From assembly GCA_017409645.1 (NCBI GenBank), contig JAFQSI010000099.1:1-40891 (forward strand): a stretch of 40,891 nucleotides of DNA. Reading direction: 5' to 3'. The position numbers and the translations under genes are program-made. The stretch comes from Oscillospiraceae bacterium (GTDB lineage Bacteria; Bacillota; Clostridia; Oscillospirales; Oscillospiraceae). The notes under the pieces are model-generated. The model worked only from the letters and a program-made list of their open reading frames with translations, made no database searches and was not told the origin of the DNA. Shown piece after piece: positions 1 to 13,400 of this stretch (position 1 is the stretch's first letter; the number at the start of each line of letters is the position of its first letter).

Positions 1-713
1 CCGTGGATGCCGGTATTCAGGGAGCCGTCCGTCTTGTACATGCCGTCCTGCATGGCGAGGGATGCAAAATAAACGGTGTTCTCTCCGGCGGCAACCGACA
101 CAGCACAGGTCGCCCTGGCGCTGGGGTTGTCCTCGCTGATGGCGGTGATGGCGGTGCTTCCGGCTCCCACAGCCGTCACCAGTCCATTGTCAACGGTGGC
201 GACGGATTCGTTCTCCGACTCCCATCGGATCGCCGTGTTGGTGGCATTGGACGGGGATACCATGCAGGCCAGCATCATCGTCCCGCCGCTGTTCAGCTCG
301 ATACTGGAGTAGTCCAGAGAGATGGATTCCACGCCGATCACCTCGATATCATTGCTGATCGTTTCCACGGTCAGGCCAAGATTCTCCCCAGAATCACTAC
401 TACCAGCAGGCAGCTCCACCACCACGGGAGGGGGAGTCGGCGCGCCGCTCACGCTGGGCCGGAAGGCGATCTGCATCGTCGTGTCACTGGGCTGTGTCAC
501 CACCGGCGTGTAGTACAGCCCCGCCTCCTGCGTCCAGGTGTAAACCCCGTTCTCGGCCTTGGTGCATTTGTACAGCGCCCCCGTGGCGGTGTCCATGTAC
601 AGACAGCCCACCGCACCCACCGTGGCCGTGGTGGGCTTCCCCTCGCCCGTCAGGCAGGGGATCTCCTTGGACGGCCCGCTGCCAAACAGGTCCCGCCCCT
701 CCAAAAATTCCAT
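1..713 (-). CDS. Tail fibre / receptor-binding protein with Ig-like (Big_2) domain, truncated by the window edge
   Basis: Not in the ORF track; translated by hand from ATG 713 after AAGGAGG. MEFLEGRDLFGSG...GEGKPTTATVGAVGCLYMDTATGALYKC is a fibre N-terminal motif; VESISLDYSSIEL...VSPSNATNTAIRWESENESVATVDNGLVTAVGAGSTAITA follows the Big_2 pattern. Open to position 1. Confidence 0.8.
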   Translation of the reverse strand, partial: MEFLEGRDLFGSGPSKEIPCLTGEGKPTTATVGAVGCLYMDTATGALYKCTKAENGVYTWTQEAGLYYTPVVTQPSDTTMQIAFRPSVSGAPTPPPVVVELPAGSSDSGENLGLTVETISNDIEVIGVESISLDYSSIELNSGGTMMLACMVSPSNATNTAIRWESENESVATVDNGLVTAVGAGSTAITAISEDNPSARATCAVSVAAGENTVYFASLAMQDGMYKTDGSLNTGIH

Positions 714-725
714 ACTCGTTCCTCC

Positions 726-1400
726 TTATGCGATGATCTGGATGCCATCCACCACTGTTACAGTCACGGCCCCGGCGGCAGCGGTCACGACCTGGATCCC
801 GTCCACGACGCTGACGGTCGCCTTCACGCCGCCCCCGCCGGAGGCTGCCGCCTTCCTGGCCTCCTCGGCAGCCTGCTTCGCCTCATCGCGGGCCGTCTCC
901 GCCCGCTCCGCCGCCTGGATGGCAGCATCCCGAATCGGCTCCAGCCCCGCCTGCACATCCGTCAGATCCCGGATCAGCTCCGTGCCCTTGCTCACCATCT
1001 CCGTCAGAGCGGTGTACTCCGGTGAGCTGTCGGGCACATCCCCATCCTGGTACTCCGTGTCGTCCACCAGCAGCTCGAACCTCGGAGAAGTCAGCAGATG
1101 ATTCTGGGCATCATACAGCCGGATTTCGCAGACCGCCAGACCCACCACATTCGTGGTCTGCCCGGTGAAGTCGTAGGTGACGGTACAGCCGTCGATATCG
1201 GCAGCATTGAAGCAGGGGTTCCCGTCAGATTTCCGGGCGTAGAACACCGCCGTCACGCCCTCACCGGGGATGTAGGGCCGTCCCCGGTTGGTCAGGCTCA
1301 CCACCAGCCGCCGGGCACTGTCGCCCCGCTTGGCCTTAATCAGCACCCCGGAGTCGATTTTCTGCACATCCAGGGTGATGTAAGTCAAAGCCCGTTCCAT
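726..1400 (-). CDS. BppU-like N-terminal domain protein (tail fibre attachment)
   Basis: AKRGDSARRLVVSL...ARKSDG...CEIRLY...LTSPRFELLV is typical of the BppU N-domain; coiled coil and a duplicated VVDGIQ motif follow; SD AAGGAGG before ATG 1400. Confidence 0.75.
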   Translation of the reverse strand: MERALTYITLDVQKIDSGVLIKAKRGDSARRLVVSLTNRGRPYIPGEGVTAVFYARKSDGNPCFNAADIDGCTVTYDFTGQTTNVVGLAVCEIRLYDAQNHLLTSPRFELLVDDTEYQDGDVPDSSPEYTALTEMVSKGTELIRDLTDVQAGLEPIRDAAIQAAERAETARDEAKQAAEEARKAAASGGGGVKATVSVVDGIQVVTAAAGAVTVTVVDGIQIIA

Positions 1401-1431
1401 ATCGCATCCCTCCTTTTCATCGTTTGCCCCA

Positions 1432-1473
1432 AGCATAGCAAAACCGCGCCGGGATTCTCTATCCCGACGCGGT
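1432..1473 (-). promoter_or_regulatory. Putative late promoter 1 inside a hairpin (may also terminate the giant gene)
   Basis: Minus strand CGGGATAGAGA-18 nt-TATGCT with TG extension; inverted repeat ACCGCG.CGGGAT/ATCCCG.CGCGGT followed by TTTT. Confidence 0.65.
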
Positions 1474-1483
1474 CGCTGTTTAC

Positions 1484-4400
1484 TTAATGCCAGGGGGCCT
1501 CGCCGATGGTGCTTGCCGCCCAGCCTTCGCTGTAGTACAGCGCATCCTTCTGCTCATCAGAGATGGGCAGGGAGTCGATAACCTCCATGCGCCGCTGCTT
1601 CTTGCCTTCGCCGGTAATGCCCTTGACCTGGCTGCGGTAGGATACATAGTCCTCAATACCGATGCCGGTGTCCTGGATGTCGCTGTAATACTTGTCGATC
1701 CAGGAATCGTCAGCGGTCAAACCGGGGTTGTCCTTCTGGAACTCCCAGTATCGAACAGCCTGTTCGGCCTCCTCCTGGGACTCGCCGCCGTACTCCCGGC
1801 GCATCCGCGCAGCTTCGGTGGCGGTGATTTCGCCATCCATGAACGCATCCCGGATATCAGTGTAGGCAATGCCGGTGTCCACTTCGCTCATCCACCTGCG
1901 CACGGTGTCCTGCGCAGCATCACGATCCCGGTCACCATACCGAACCAAAAGACTCTGCGCCTCAGATTCTGTAATAGCCCCATCGGACAGCCAGTCTCCC
2001 ACGATTTCCCGGATCTGCTCCCGGATATCCTTCTCCTTGACTCCGTGGGTGGTCAGCTCGTCCATGGCTTCGGAGATATCCTCCCCGTTCGCCATAGCCT
2101 GGGCCAGAGCATCATACTTGCTCCAATCGGAGCCGCCCTCCCAGCCCCGGAGCTTCCAGTAGGCCTCGTTTTCGTCCTCGGCCTTGCCCAGCTCCATGAG
2201 CTTGGTGATCGCCTCGTCCTCGTCCACGTAGCCGCTCAGGAACGCATCCCGCAGGGCATCGGCGGGCTTCTGCTCATAGGTCTTGATCTTATCCAGGTCG
2301 ATGGTCAGGCTCGGAGCCATCCGCCCCACGATCCAGTTCCATGCGCTCAATGCGTTGTTGTACAGGTCTGCAATCTCACGGGTGGGAGTCGCCAGGGGAA
2401 CGCCGGTCAGCCCGGAGGCCCCCTGCAGGTACTTGCGGATGGAGCCGTACCATGTGTAGCCGGTATTCTGCCCCTTGAGCTTCTTCATCAGAATCCCGGT
2501 GGCATCCACGGTGTACTCTGCCACATCGCCCAGGGGCAGGGTGGAGAGCTGGAGCCACACATCTTCGCCCCTGGCCTTGGCGACCACGGCAGAGAAGATG
2601 GTGCCGATCTCCTTGATGACGGGCAGCTTCTCGACGGGGTTCAGCTCCTCGCCGATGTTCTCCCACAGGCCCTCCAGGAACTTTTCCCCGAAGGTCTGGT
2701 ACTCGTCGTCGTCCCGCCACGCATCAATGAGACTCTGGAGAACGCCGGTCATCACCGCCGTCACGCCGTACACATAGGCCAGCCGCCCCAGTTTGCCGCC
2801 GTGCTTCCGCCACGCGGTCTGGAAACTGCCGCCCTTGCGGCCGGCCTCGGCCTTGATCCGATAAGCCGTCTCCAGGAAGGGACTCACCGCCGTCACAGGC
2901 TCCGACATGAAGGAGCTGGTCAGCCGGGAGTAGAAGCCCTTGTCCCGCATATACTCGGTCTTGGTCAGAATGGAGTCCACCACCTGGGTTCTGTAGATCA
3001 CCCGCTCGAAAAGCTCTGTGGTCTTCGCCAGATTCCCGCCGCACTGGTGGCGGCAGGCGCTCCAGATCGCGCCCCAGGTCTGACGGTCAGCCCATTCCGC
3101 CATAGCCATACCCTTTTCCACATACTTGTCGATGGCGGTGTCATTGTGCTTGATAATCTTACTCAGGCCACGGGACACGTTGACATCGTAGAAGCCCAGG
3201 TCTTTCCATGCCGCAATGCCGGAGTGCTTGAGCATCTCGGCAATGTCTGCCTTGCGCTGGGCGGGGCTTGCCGCCAGACCTCTGGCAATGGCGGTATAGG
3301 GGATCTCCTGGGCCGCCCGGAGGATGGCCAGGGGCTGCTTCGCTACAACGGACAGATTCCATGCCACCTGCGCCCGGTTGTACCGGTGCAGCTGTTTCAT
3401 ACTCCTCCTGTCGTTAGGAGTCCCCTGAGCCTCGGTGCCGTTATAGCCTCGCAGAATGTTTTCGACGAAGGTAATGGCGTAGCCCTTCGCATCCTTCGTC
3501 CCTTCCTTGTGCAGCGGCACGCCGTAAGCCCGGTTCATCCGTTCCCGGACACTGTCCTGGGCAGGCTTGTCATCGGTGGTCTTCCAGGTTTCCCGGTGGT
3601 TGAGCCATTTCAGCGCATCCAGCACCGGCAGGGCCATGGCGTTGTACTGGGCCATATCGCCCATGTGGCCCGTGAACACATCGAAGATGGAGTAGAGCAT
3701 GACCCGGTTGTTGGCGTTGGGGGTCAGCTTCTTGGTGAAGCTCATGTTCAGCAGCGCGTACAGATCGGACCCGTCGGGCTTGTCAACCTGCGAGGGGCGG
3801 AGCATATTGTCCGTGGAGATAGGGAAATAATGCTCCTCGGTGAATTGCCGCTCACCGAACCGCTTGACGGTGACGGCATTGCCCCATTCGCCGCCCTGCT
3901 CGCTCATAAACTTCTGCAGCTTGTCGGCAACGGCCCGCTGCCGCTTGGTCAGCCGGTCGCAAATGTCCTGGATGTCCTCCATGGTCAGATGCTGCGCCTC
4001 GGTATCCGTGCCCTGGATGTTGGCTCCACGGATGCCGCCGCCCAGCAGATGGGGCAGAGCCTGTTCACGCTTGCTCAGGCAGTACAGGCTCATCATCTGG
4101 GCCACGGTCAGCCGGATGCTGCCGCCGCTGGGAAGCCTGACCCGCTTGATCTCCTTCTCCCAGGCGTTGACCTCCTCGGCCTTGTACGCCTTGTCGGAGA
4201 ACTTCTTGATGGCCTGGGTGTTCCATGCAAGCTGTGCCTGACCCCGGCGCAGACCGTCGTAGATGGCCACGCCGCCCTTGCCGAACCGCTCCCAGATGTA
4301 GGCGGGCCGGACATTCTTCCAGTACAGGAACTGGTCAGCCCCGTCCAGGGCGGTGTTCTGGTACTTGCCCATCCTCCCCAGATGGTTCATGGTGTCCTGG

Positions 4401-7400
4401 GCGGCATCGGAGGCAAACTGGAACATGGCGTTGGCGTGGAAGCGGTTGACGGTGGTGATGTGCTGCTTCATCTCCTTGACCAGCTTGTACAGCTCGTGGA
4501 GTTCCTCAGCGGACATCTCACCGCCGTTGATCTTGTACTTGGGCTTGCCCTTCATGGCGATCTCCTGGGTTTTCTCCACCATAGCAGACAGCCGCTTCAC
4601 GAAATCGGGGGCGAGGTCGGCGTACCCGGAGTACAGGCCGCCCACATCCTCAATGTGCCGCTCGTAGGCATCACGAACTGCCTTCATCTTCTTGACAAGC
4701 CGCTCGTCCGCCTTGGTTCCGCCGCTCTTACTGGTCAGGTCGATGGCTTCCAGGAAAGAAGCCACAGGGCCTTTCAGCACATCGGGGATGTGCTTCAGAG
4801 CATTCTTGTTGTCGGGATTCACCAGCCAGTCCCGAAGGGTCTTGACCTCCCTCTGAATGGCTTTGCGATACTTCCGCTGGGCCGCACTCTCGTTGCGCTT
4901 CTGGCGGTACTCCTTGAGAACCGCCTCGTCGTGGTCGGCCTGATCCTTCTGGACGATCTTCCGGGCCTCCTGAAGAACTGCCCGCAGAGCCGTACCCTTC
5001 TCGGCCTCCAGAACCTTGTCGGCGGCGGCTTCGATGGAAGCATCCAGCCGGTGCATCTTCTCCAGAGTCTCGGCGGCGGCCTTGCGGTCCCCACCGGGGC
5101 CGAACTGCTGCTCTTTGTAGAGCTGCCCCAGCTCCTTCCGGTCCTCCTGCAAGGTACGCAGCCGCTCCAGCCGCTCGGAGAAGATGCGGAAGGCATCCTG
5201 CCCGGCCTTGTCGAACTTGGCGGGGTCGATCTTCTCCGCCGCCAGCTCCAGCACCTGCCGGTCGGTCAGTGCGATCCGGCGCACCTGGAGCTGGTCGTCC
5301 TGGTAGCTGTCCCGGACGGGGTTGTGTTCCAGCAGATCGGCAAGCAGCTTCTCGCCCGCCTCGCTCTTGGGGATGAAGAAGCGGTCCTGGAAATTGATCC
5401 GCTCCCGGATGATGCCGCTGTAACGCTGGAGCTGCCAGGTGTTCGTCTGCCGGATCTCCAGCCGCCACTCGCCGCTGACCCGGCTGCGGAAGATCTCCGC
5501 CCGCTCGCGGGTCAGTCGGAAGTGTTCCCCCTTCTGCAAGGCCCGGTCCATGACCGTCTTTGCGTCCAGCTTCTCGGTGGTGCGGTCCGTCTGGAACTGC
5601 CGCAGGGTCAGATCGATCTGGGATGCAGGAATCTGTCGGCCCAGGTAGGCCCTGCCGTCTGCGGCAATGAGCCGCTTGACCTTGGTGGTCCCCTCCTGGG
5701 GCAGCTTGTCCCAGATGGGCAGCAGGGCGCCGGTGAGCATATGCAGGGTGTCCTCGTTGTATTCAGGGACCTGCGCAACTTCCTTGTCCCATGCCTTCTG
5801 CCAATCCTTCTTGTCCAGGAGCTTCGCCCGCTTGGCAAGGGTGTTCTCCTGCCAGACGGTGGTGTTTGCATCCCGGTTCGGGCCGACAAGGCGGTACTGC
5901 TTGGTGACCTGCCCCCATTCGGTGGTCTTGTCCGCCATGCGGTATACCGCCCGGACGGAGCCGTTGTCCGTCTCATAGATGCCCACGAAGCCGCTGCGCT
6001 GGGTTTCGGCCTCTGCCACGGTGGTGGTGATCCTGGGCTTGCGGTAGGTCTTGGCCTGGATGTAGTGGGTGGCGGCCCCGCCGTTTCCGTCCTCCCGGAT
6101 GATCTTGTCATCAAGGATCTCGATCTTGTCCGCCTTGACATTCTCCATGCCGGTGTCCAGAGTGCCCGCCTGGATGGCGGCCTCCAGCTCCATTTCATAG
6201 ATGGAGGTAAAGGCATCAAAGACGGTGTTCTGCTCGTCCACCTCCAGAGCCAGGATGCGGTTTAGGAAGGTGCTGATATCCCGTGCAGTGTTCTCGTCCA
6301 TCTTGAAGGAGCCGTAATCATCGGTGAACTTCTCCTTCAGGCCCAGCCGGTCCAGGGTTTTCATGCCGTCGATGCCTTTGATGCGGTTGCTGCCCAGCCG
6401 CTTGTAGAACTCCCGCAGGGAGTCCCTGGCCAGATCGGTTTCCAGATTGTCCTTGGCCCCGAACATCCCGGAGCCGGTGTCTCTCTGGCCCTTGGTCAGA
6501 GCGCCCAGCTGGTCCAGGCGGCGGGCGATGGTGGAGGTGAACCGCTTCTGACCCTTGATGTTGGTGGTGACCAGCTTGTAGATGGGGGCGGATGCCTCGT
6601 TGGAGCGGTGGGTCCGTCCGAAGCCCTGAACCGCATTGGAGGCAGACCATCCGGGCTGAAGGACATAGTGGATTCTCTGCTGCTGGTTTTTCTCGCTCCG
6701 GTCGGCGTGGTAGCTCTTGCCGGTGCCGCCGGCATCGGAGAAGACCAAAATGCGCTTCTTGCCGTCCTGGAACGCCTGGACATCGGCGGTGCGGCTGTTC
6801 AGGGTGCGCCGCTCCTCCACCCGCTTGTAGCTGCCGTCCGGCTGCCGCTTGGGCACCACCCGGCGGCTGCGGCCGGTGTTCTCGGCCACCATCTCCGTGC
6901 CGAAGGCATCAAAGAGCATCTCCATGGGGCCGTCAGGGATGGCCATGGATTTGACCTGCTCGATCAGCGTCTCCCGCATGGCGACGGCCTGACGGCTGAT
7001 GATGGGCTGCCCCTTGCTGTCGAGGGCGGGGCGGGATCTGGTGTGCCCCTCCTCGTCGGTGTACTCCTCAAACTCCTGCACGGGGAAGCAGGTTTCGAGA
7101 TACCCGATCAGACTCTCTCTGGGAGTCAGATCCAGGTCATCCAGCTCCAGATTCTCGGCCTTGGCCTGGGCCAGTGCCTTGCTCTGCTGGGCCTCGTTGG
7201 TGTTGACGATCTGCAGCACGCAGCTTCTCCCGGCTGCCAGTTCCCGGCGCATATCCGCAATGACGGAGGGCATACTCATGGAGGTCAGAGCCTGGTTATA
7301 AAACCGCTGCATGGAGCTGTAGAACTGGCCCAGAGCCAGCTGCCGTGCATGGGAGTTGTTCTTGCCGCCGGTCAGCTCCAGAGCCTTGTGGGCATTCTGC

Positions 7401-10400
7401 ATGACGGTCTGCCAGGCGGAACTCATGGTGTTGTAGATGATGGTCTGATTCTCATCCAGGGTATGCTCGATGGTGTCGTAGGCCACACCCTGGTAGCTGA
7501 TGGAGCGGGCCACATAGGAACCCATGGCCTTCATGTCCCGGACCACCAGCTCCATAGCGGACAGGCCGGAGGAGCCGATCTTGGAGATGAAGTCCTGGGC
7601 GTTGGCGAAGGCTGTCCCCTTGCCCCACAGGCCCAGCCGCTCGGCGTAGGCCAGGTTGTCCACCTCCGTGGCGGCGGTGGCGGAGACATAGACGATCCTC
7701 GCCTTGGGAAGCTTTCGCTGAAGCTCCACACCGGCCTTCGCCATCTCGGAGCCCTTGGCCTTGCCGAACTTGCCCTTCTTGCCGTAGAGGTTGCCCATGT
7801 TGTGGGCCTCGTCGAAGGCGATCACGCCGTCGAAGTCCTCACCAAGCCAGGAAACGATCTGATCCAGACGGGTCACATTGTTCTTGCCGGAGCGGAGCAT
7901 GGGGTAGGTGGTGAACAGGATGCCGCTGTCGGCGGCGATGGAGGCCCCCAGCTTGGTCTTGCCGTGGTTCAGCACCTCGTCCTTGCTCCGGCCCGTGGTT
8001 CCCGTCCAGTCACGGGTGGCATCGTTGTACAGGTCGCCGTTCTTGGAAACCCACACGGCCTTGGTGCGGCCCTGCATGAAGTTGTCCAGGATGATACCGG
8101 CGATCTGGCGGCCCTTGCCCACGCCGGTGCCGTCACCGATGAAGAAGCCCTTGCGGCTGCCGTCGGGGAGCATCTGCTCGTGGGCCTGCCCTGCGTAGGT
8201 GACCGTCACCATCTGGGCATCCGACAGGTTGTTCTTCACAACCTCGGCGGGGAGTTTGGGGGTATAGGTGGCCCTGGGCATGGACACGGCGGACATGGCG
8301 GCGGACTCCACCAGAGTGGCGGGGTGCTTCCTGCCGCCGGGGATGGGCACATCGGGCAGCACGAAGGTGGCGTACACGCCGTCATCCTCCCGCTGCTCCG
8401 GCTCCTCATTCAGTCGTCGTGCGCGCTGGGGCTCAGGTCGAGCAAGCTCACCTGCGACAGCAGGCTCATGGTCTGCTCGATGATCCTGGCGCAGGTCCTG
8501 TCGTACATCCCCTCCGACTTTGCCCCGTCCAGAATCCTGGTGAGGTTTGCGAAGTCCGCCATCGTCGGCGTGATTTCGTACTCCAGAGCCTCCTTCATGA
8601 CTGCGGTCACTGCGCTTTCCGGCACTCCGGGCAGGCTTTCCAGAATCACGGACACGGCCTCCCGGACTTCCGCTCTCGGATACTCCGTTTCGTCCATCAG
8701 ACCGGGCCAGGCTGTCAGCTGCTGCGCCGCTTCCAGAACCAAGTCCTTCCACTGCTTTGCGGTCATTTCTGATCTCCTCCAATACTGCCGGAACCTCCGT
8801 CAGGTCGGTGTGGCTGCCGGTGATGGTCTGCCCAGGCTGGGGGCCTACCTTATCGATCACCACCAGCTGCACGCCCCAGGTGGTTCCGTATTTCTTGTAG
8901 TTGCTGCCGTCAATGGACAAGTTCGCCCGGATGGTGTACTCCTTCCGGACCTTGTCCCAATACTTGCGGTAGTCGGCATCGTTCATGCCCTTGCCCAGGA
9001 TGGCAACCAGACGCCCCCCGTCAGAGAGCCTCTGGAGAGCCTGGTCGATGTGCCGCTCTGCGTTGCTGGTCTTGTTGTGCTTGGTGCGCCCTGCGGTGGA
9101 GGAGAAGGGCGGATTCATCAGCACCAGAGTGGGCTTGATGTTATCGGGCAGCACATTGTCCAGCTGCTCGGCGTTCTCGTTGAATACATGGTCAAAGCCC
9201 ATACTCTTGAGAATACCCAGTCTGCGCTCGCTCAGCTCGTTCACTGCAACCTCGGCTCCCCAGCTCTTGGCGAAGGAGGCGATGCCGCCGATTCCGGCAG
9301 AGGGCTCCAGTACCATCTCACCGGGCTGCACATTCCCGGCCCAGGCCGCCAGATAGGCGATGTTGGGCGGGGTGGAGAACTGCTGGAAGTCCTGCTGCTC
9401 CTGGGTCCGCACCGTCTGGGTGGGCAGGGTCCGCAGAAGCACCTCCAGCTTCCGCACGGACTGCTGCGCCTTGAGGGCATCGCCGTTCATATCCTTTGCG
9501 AAGGTAAGCAGGTGCTTGTTCACAGCCAGCTCCAGGGCATCATAGGCATCCTTGCGGTTGTAAGCCCCCTCACCCTGGGTGCCGCCAAAAGCCCGGTCTG
9601 CCAGAGCGTAGAGGGCCATGGAGTCAATGACCCGATCCTTGCTCAGATACTCAGACAGAATGGCATTCGCCAGTTTCTCAGAAGGGGTATCGCCCTCCAT
9701 CTCCTGCGCAGCAGGGGAAGACCCCTTGGTCTTGGGAGCGTCCTTGTCATAGGCCTCCAATTTCCTCAGAACCCGCACCATATCCTTGACGACATCCTCC
9801 CGCTTTTCCGAGAGGTTGGTGCGGTACACTCGCTCGCCTACCTCAACGGGGTTCTTGCTCTTGTATTCATGGAGCGTTCCCCGGTAGAAGAAAAGTCTGT
9901 CATCGTAATTGACCGGCTGGATGTTGGCCTCGTATGCACCGAGGTCAATCGGGCCGTAGTGCATATCATCGCTGAGCTGATACTCAGCCCAGCCGTAGGG
10001 GTCGGCATCAAAGTCAGGTTCCACAGGCCTCTGCTCCTGCTTGGGCGCAGCCTCCACGGGTTCCTCGGCCTTAAGAGTCTCCTCGGCCTTGTAGACCTCC
10101 CGCAGGAAATCGGCAACGGCTCCGGGATCAACCTCAACGTTGCCGTACCACGCCTTCTTCTTGGGTGCCCACTTGAACCCCAGTGCTTTCAAAGCATCCC
10201 GAATCGCCGCATCGGGCTTGCCGGAAAAGGTGACATACACCGTCCCGCCCTTGGTGCTTTCGATGGTAAAGCGGTCATCGGTGATGGTCTGAGGCTCCTG
10301 CTTGGGCGTTTCCGTCTTCTGGGCCTTGGGCTGCACCGCCTTTCCGAAGGACTTCATCTTTCCGGGCTTCTTGTCGGTGATATTCTTTTCATCCACCTTC

Positions 10401-13400
10401 ATGCCCATCAGCACGCCCACCAGCTCGCCGGTAGTGGGATCAGCCGCCTGGAACGCCGAACCGCCGCCCAGCTTCTTGTAGGTAAGCGTGTTGCCGTCCA
10501 GATAGCGCAGCAGGTCGTAGTTGCAGAAGATCTTCCCGTCGGGAGTATCAAACTCAGCGACTCTCGTTTTCCCGTTGTTCCCGATCATGGGCTGCTCCGT
10601 CAGGGGCTTACCCTTGCCGCTAAAGGAGTCAAACTGCTCGGTGGTCATCAGCCGCTTCGTGTACCCGTCAAAACCGGGCCAATTGACAAGCCGCTCGTCG
10701 ATCCGGAAGATGAGGAACCCGCTTCCTGCGTAAACGGCATCGCCGTCCTTGCCCTTGATGGTCAGAACCGACATGGGGTGCTTGCTGCCGAATTTGTTGT
10801 TGTACTTACGCAGGCCGTCGGGAATGGTCCTGCCAAGCTCTCCCCAATCAGGCTTGGGAGTTTCTTCGGCTGCGGCATCAGGGCCCTCGTCGGCCTCCTC
10901 CGCTTCCTCGGTGACAACCTCGGCGGCAGGAACCTCCTCGCCCATGACGGTAGCCTGATAAGCCTCCACAGCCTCCCCGGCCGCCCGGCTAAACAGCTGC
11001 ACGATCTCCTCGGCGTACTCCAGCGCATCGCCCACCTGCCGCTTGAGGGCCACAGCTTCCCGGCTGTTGTTCCCGGTCAGCTTCTTCCAGTGGGCTTTCA
11101 GCTCGGAGACAAAGGCCTCCAGCCGCTCCTTGAGCTTGTCAAAGAGGGACTTGTGCTTCTGGGCCAGAGTCTGCACGAACTGACTTTCGGGCAGAATGTC
11201 CGTCAAAGCCTCCGCCACGACCTCCCGGCTGGCCTGGTCAAAGGTAAGGCCCTGCTCCTGCATGGCGATCTCCACCAGTGCCTCCGGGTCAGAGCCATTG
11301 CGCTCCATCTCGGCAAAGACGGCCTCTCTGAGGTCATTATACGCCGTGGGGTTCCACTTTTCAACAAAGTGGACAAATTCATGGGAGAAGGTGCGCATCA
11401 TGGTGTATGCTCCCAGATCTGTGACATCCCAGCCGTTGGTTCCGGCTGTGATATCGATGTAGATGGTGTTCTCTCCGTGGGCGAAGCGGCCCGTCTCCTG
11501 CTCCTGCTTCCCCTTGTACAGCACCACATCCACGCCGGTGACTTCTGCATAAAAGCTCAGGAGCTTATATGCAGATTTCTGGGGGTCGTTGAAGGTCTTA
11601 CTCAGATCCTGGATGGAAACCCCCTGGCCCTTGACCGCACCCCTGCGGCGCACCGTGCCGCCGGTGGCGGCTTTTGCGTTGGCCGTGGCCTTGCCCTGGG
11701 CGGCCAGTCTCGCCGCTCCCTGGCCCAGCAGATACGCCTGCTTGCGCTGATGCTCGGTGATGCCCTGGGTCCGCTGAGAGCTGACGGCCCGCTCCATGGG
11801 GATGCCGCTGTTGCCCAGCTCCCAGGCAGCCCGAACGCCCGCCTCAAAGGCATCCACATCCTGCCCGTCCTCATACAACTCCCGAACGGCCCCGGCCTGA
11901 TTGCCGAAGCCCTCCGCCACCTCCTCCACCGTGCGGGTGGACTGTGCATTTTCTGCACTTTCCTCCACAGCGGGGGCAGAATCGGCAGTTTCCGCGGCGG
12001 GGTTCTCCACATTCTCCACAGCCGCTTCCACAGGCTTGGCTACAGGCTCGGCTGCGTTGGCGGTGTTATCCAACACAGCAGCTGCGTTATCCGCAGCCAA
12101 CTGTTCGGAAATCCCGGACGGTTCAGCCCGGTCGATTCCTTCGGATTCCTCGAAGGGATCCTCTGCAGTGCCGTCCTTATTCCGGGACTCAGCGGCGGCC
12201 GCCTCCCGCTGCCAGGAGCGGTCAAACTGCATATCCTGCAGGACCTTCTTGCCCTCCGCGCTGCGCTCCAAAGCCCTGCGCTCCCGGCGGTTCAGCTCCT
12301 TCCCGGTGAGTGTCTTTGCGATCGCGGCGGTAACCGTGCTGTCCTCTGCGTCCGCCTGCTCCAGCCGCTCCCTGGCCTTCTCAGCAGCAAGGTTGTATCG
12401 CTGTTCGGTTTCATATTCGCTGTATGCCGCCTCCAGATCATTAATCTGCCCGCCGGTCAGCTTCTCAGCTCCCTGGTACTTCTGCGCCAGCTTATGGGGT
12501 TTCGCACCCTCGTCAGCCGCCAGCGCCTGCTCGATCAGTGCCGCATTGGATTCGGGGGTACTGGTGCGGCCGGTCTGCCGATTGGCAAGCGCCACAGGCA
12601 GACCCGTCTGCACCATCATGGAGGTGCTACCGGAGGCCATGCCGCCGACGAAATCGAAGATCGCATCATTGGCATAGTCCATCCATGCCTTCTTTTCTGC
12701 TTCTTCCTTGTCCATGCCCTGGTCCGTGTACTCCTGGACCCGGACGGCAAAGTTGCTCTTGTCGCCCATGATCCAGCGGTCTGCCATCTCGTTGGCAATG
12801 GAGGAGGCCAGTTCCTCACCGCCCTCAAGCAGACCCTGTTTTGCGGCATTGCCCAGCCACCCCTTGAGGGTATAGCGTATGGCATCGCCGCCCTTGAGCA
12901 AATTGTCCAGGGGCAGCTTCTCCGTCAGCACCTCCGCGCCGCCGGAGATCAGACCGTAGAGAATGGCCTGCTCATCGCTGCCGCCCCTGGCCTTGATCTC
13001 CTCCATGCCGGAGGATGCACCCTGGCCGAAGAAGGTGGCCAAGGTCGCACCGGAGCCGATGGTGTTGCCCAGAACCAGGCTCTGCAACGCACTGTTGGCC
13101 AGACTGTACGCATCTCCCCAGCCCCTGCCGCCGATGATGGGGATGCCCTCATCCAGCGTACCGTACTTTTCGTTCAAATCCTCCGCCACGGCGCCGGAAA
13201 GCGTGCGGGAGATCGCCCCGGGAGTCACGCTGCTCCGCTGGGAGATATGACCGTCGTCCAGATAGTCCAGCCCCTTGCCCAACGTATCCAAAAGTCCAAG
13301 CGGAGCGGTGGCGACACTCGCAGCAGTTGCCAGAACGGGGTGCTTTTCGGCGAAGTTCTTGTATGGGATCTCCCTCTCAGCCAATCTCTCGGCAGCGAGA

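Noticed and set aside
1-1400. Diversity-generating retroelement acting on the tail fibre
   Set aside because: No reverse transcriptase or TR/VR pair within the window; the fibre C-terminus lies outside it, so this cannot be assessed.
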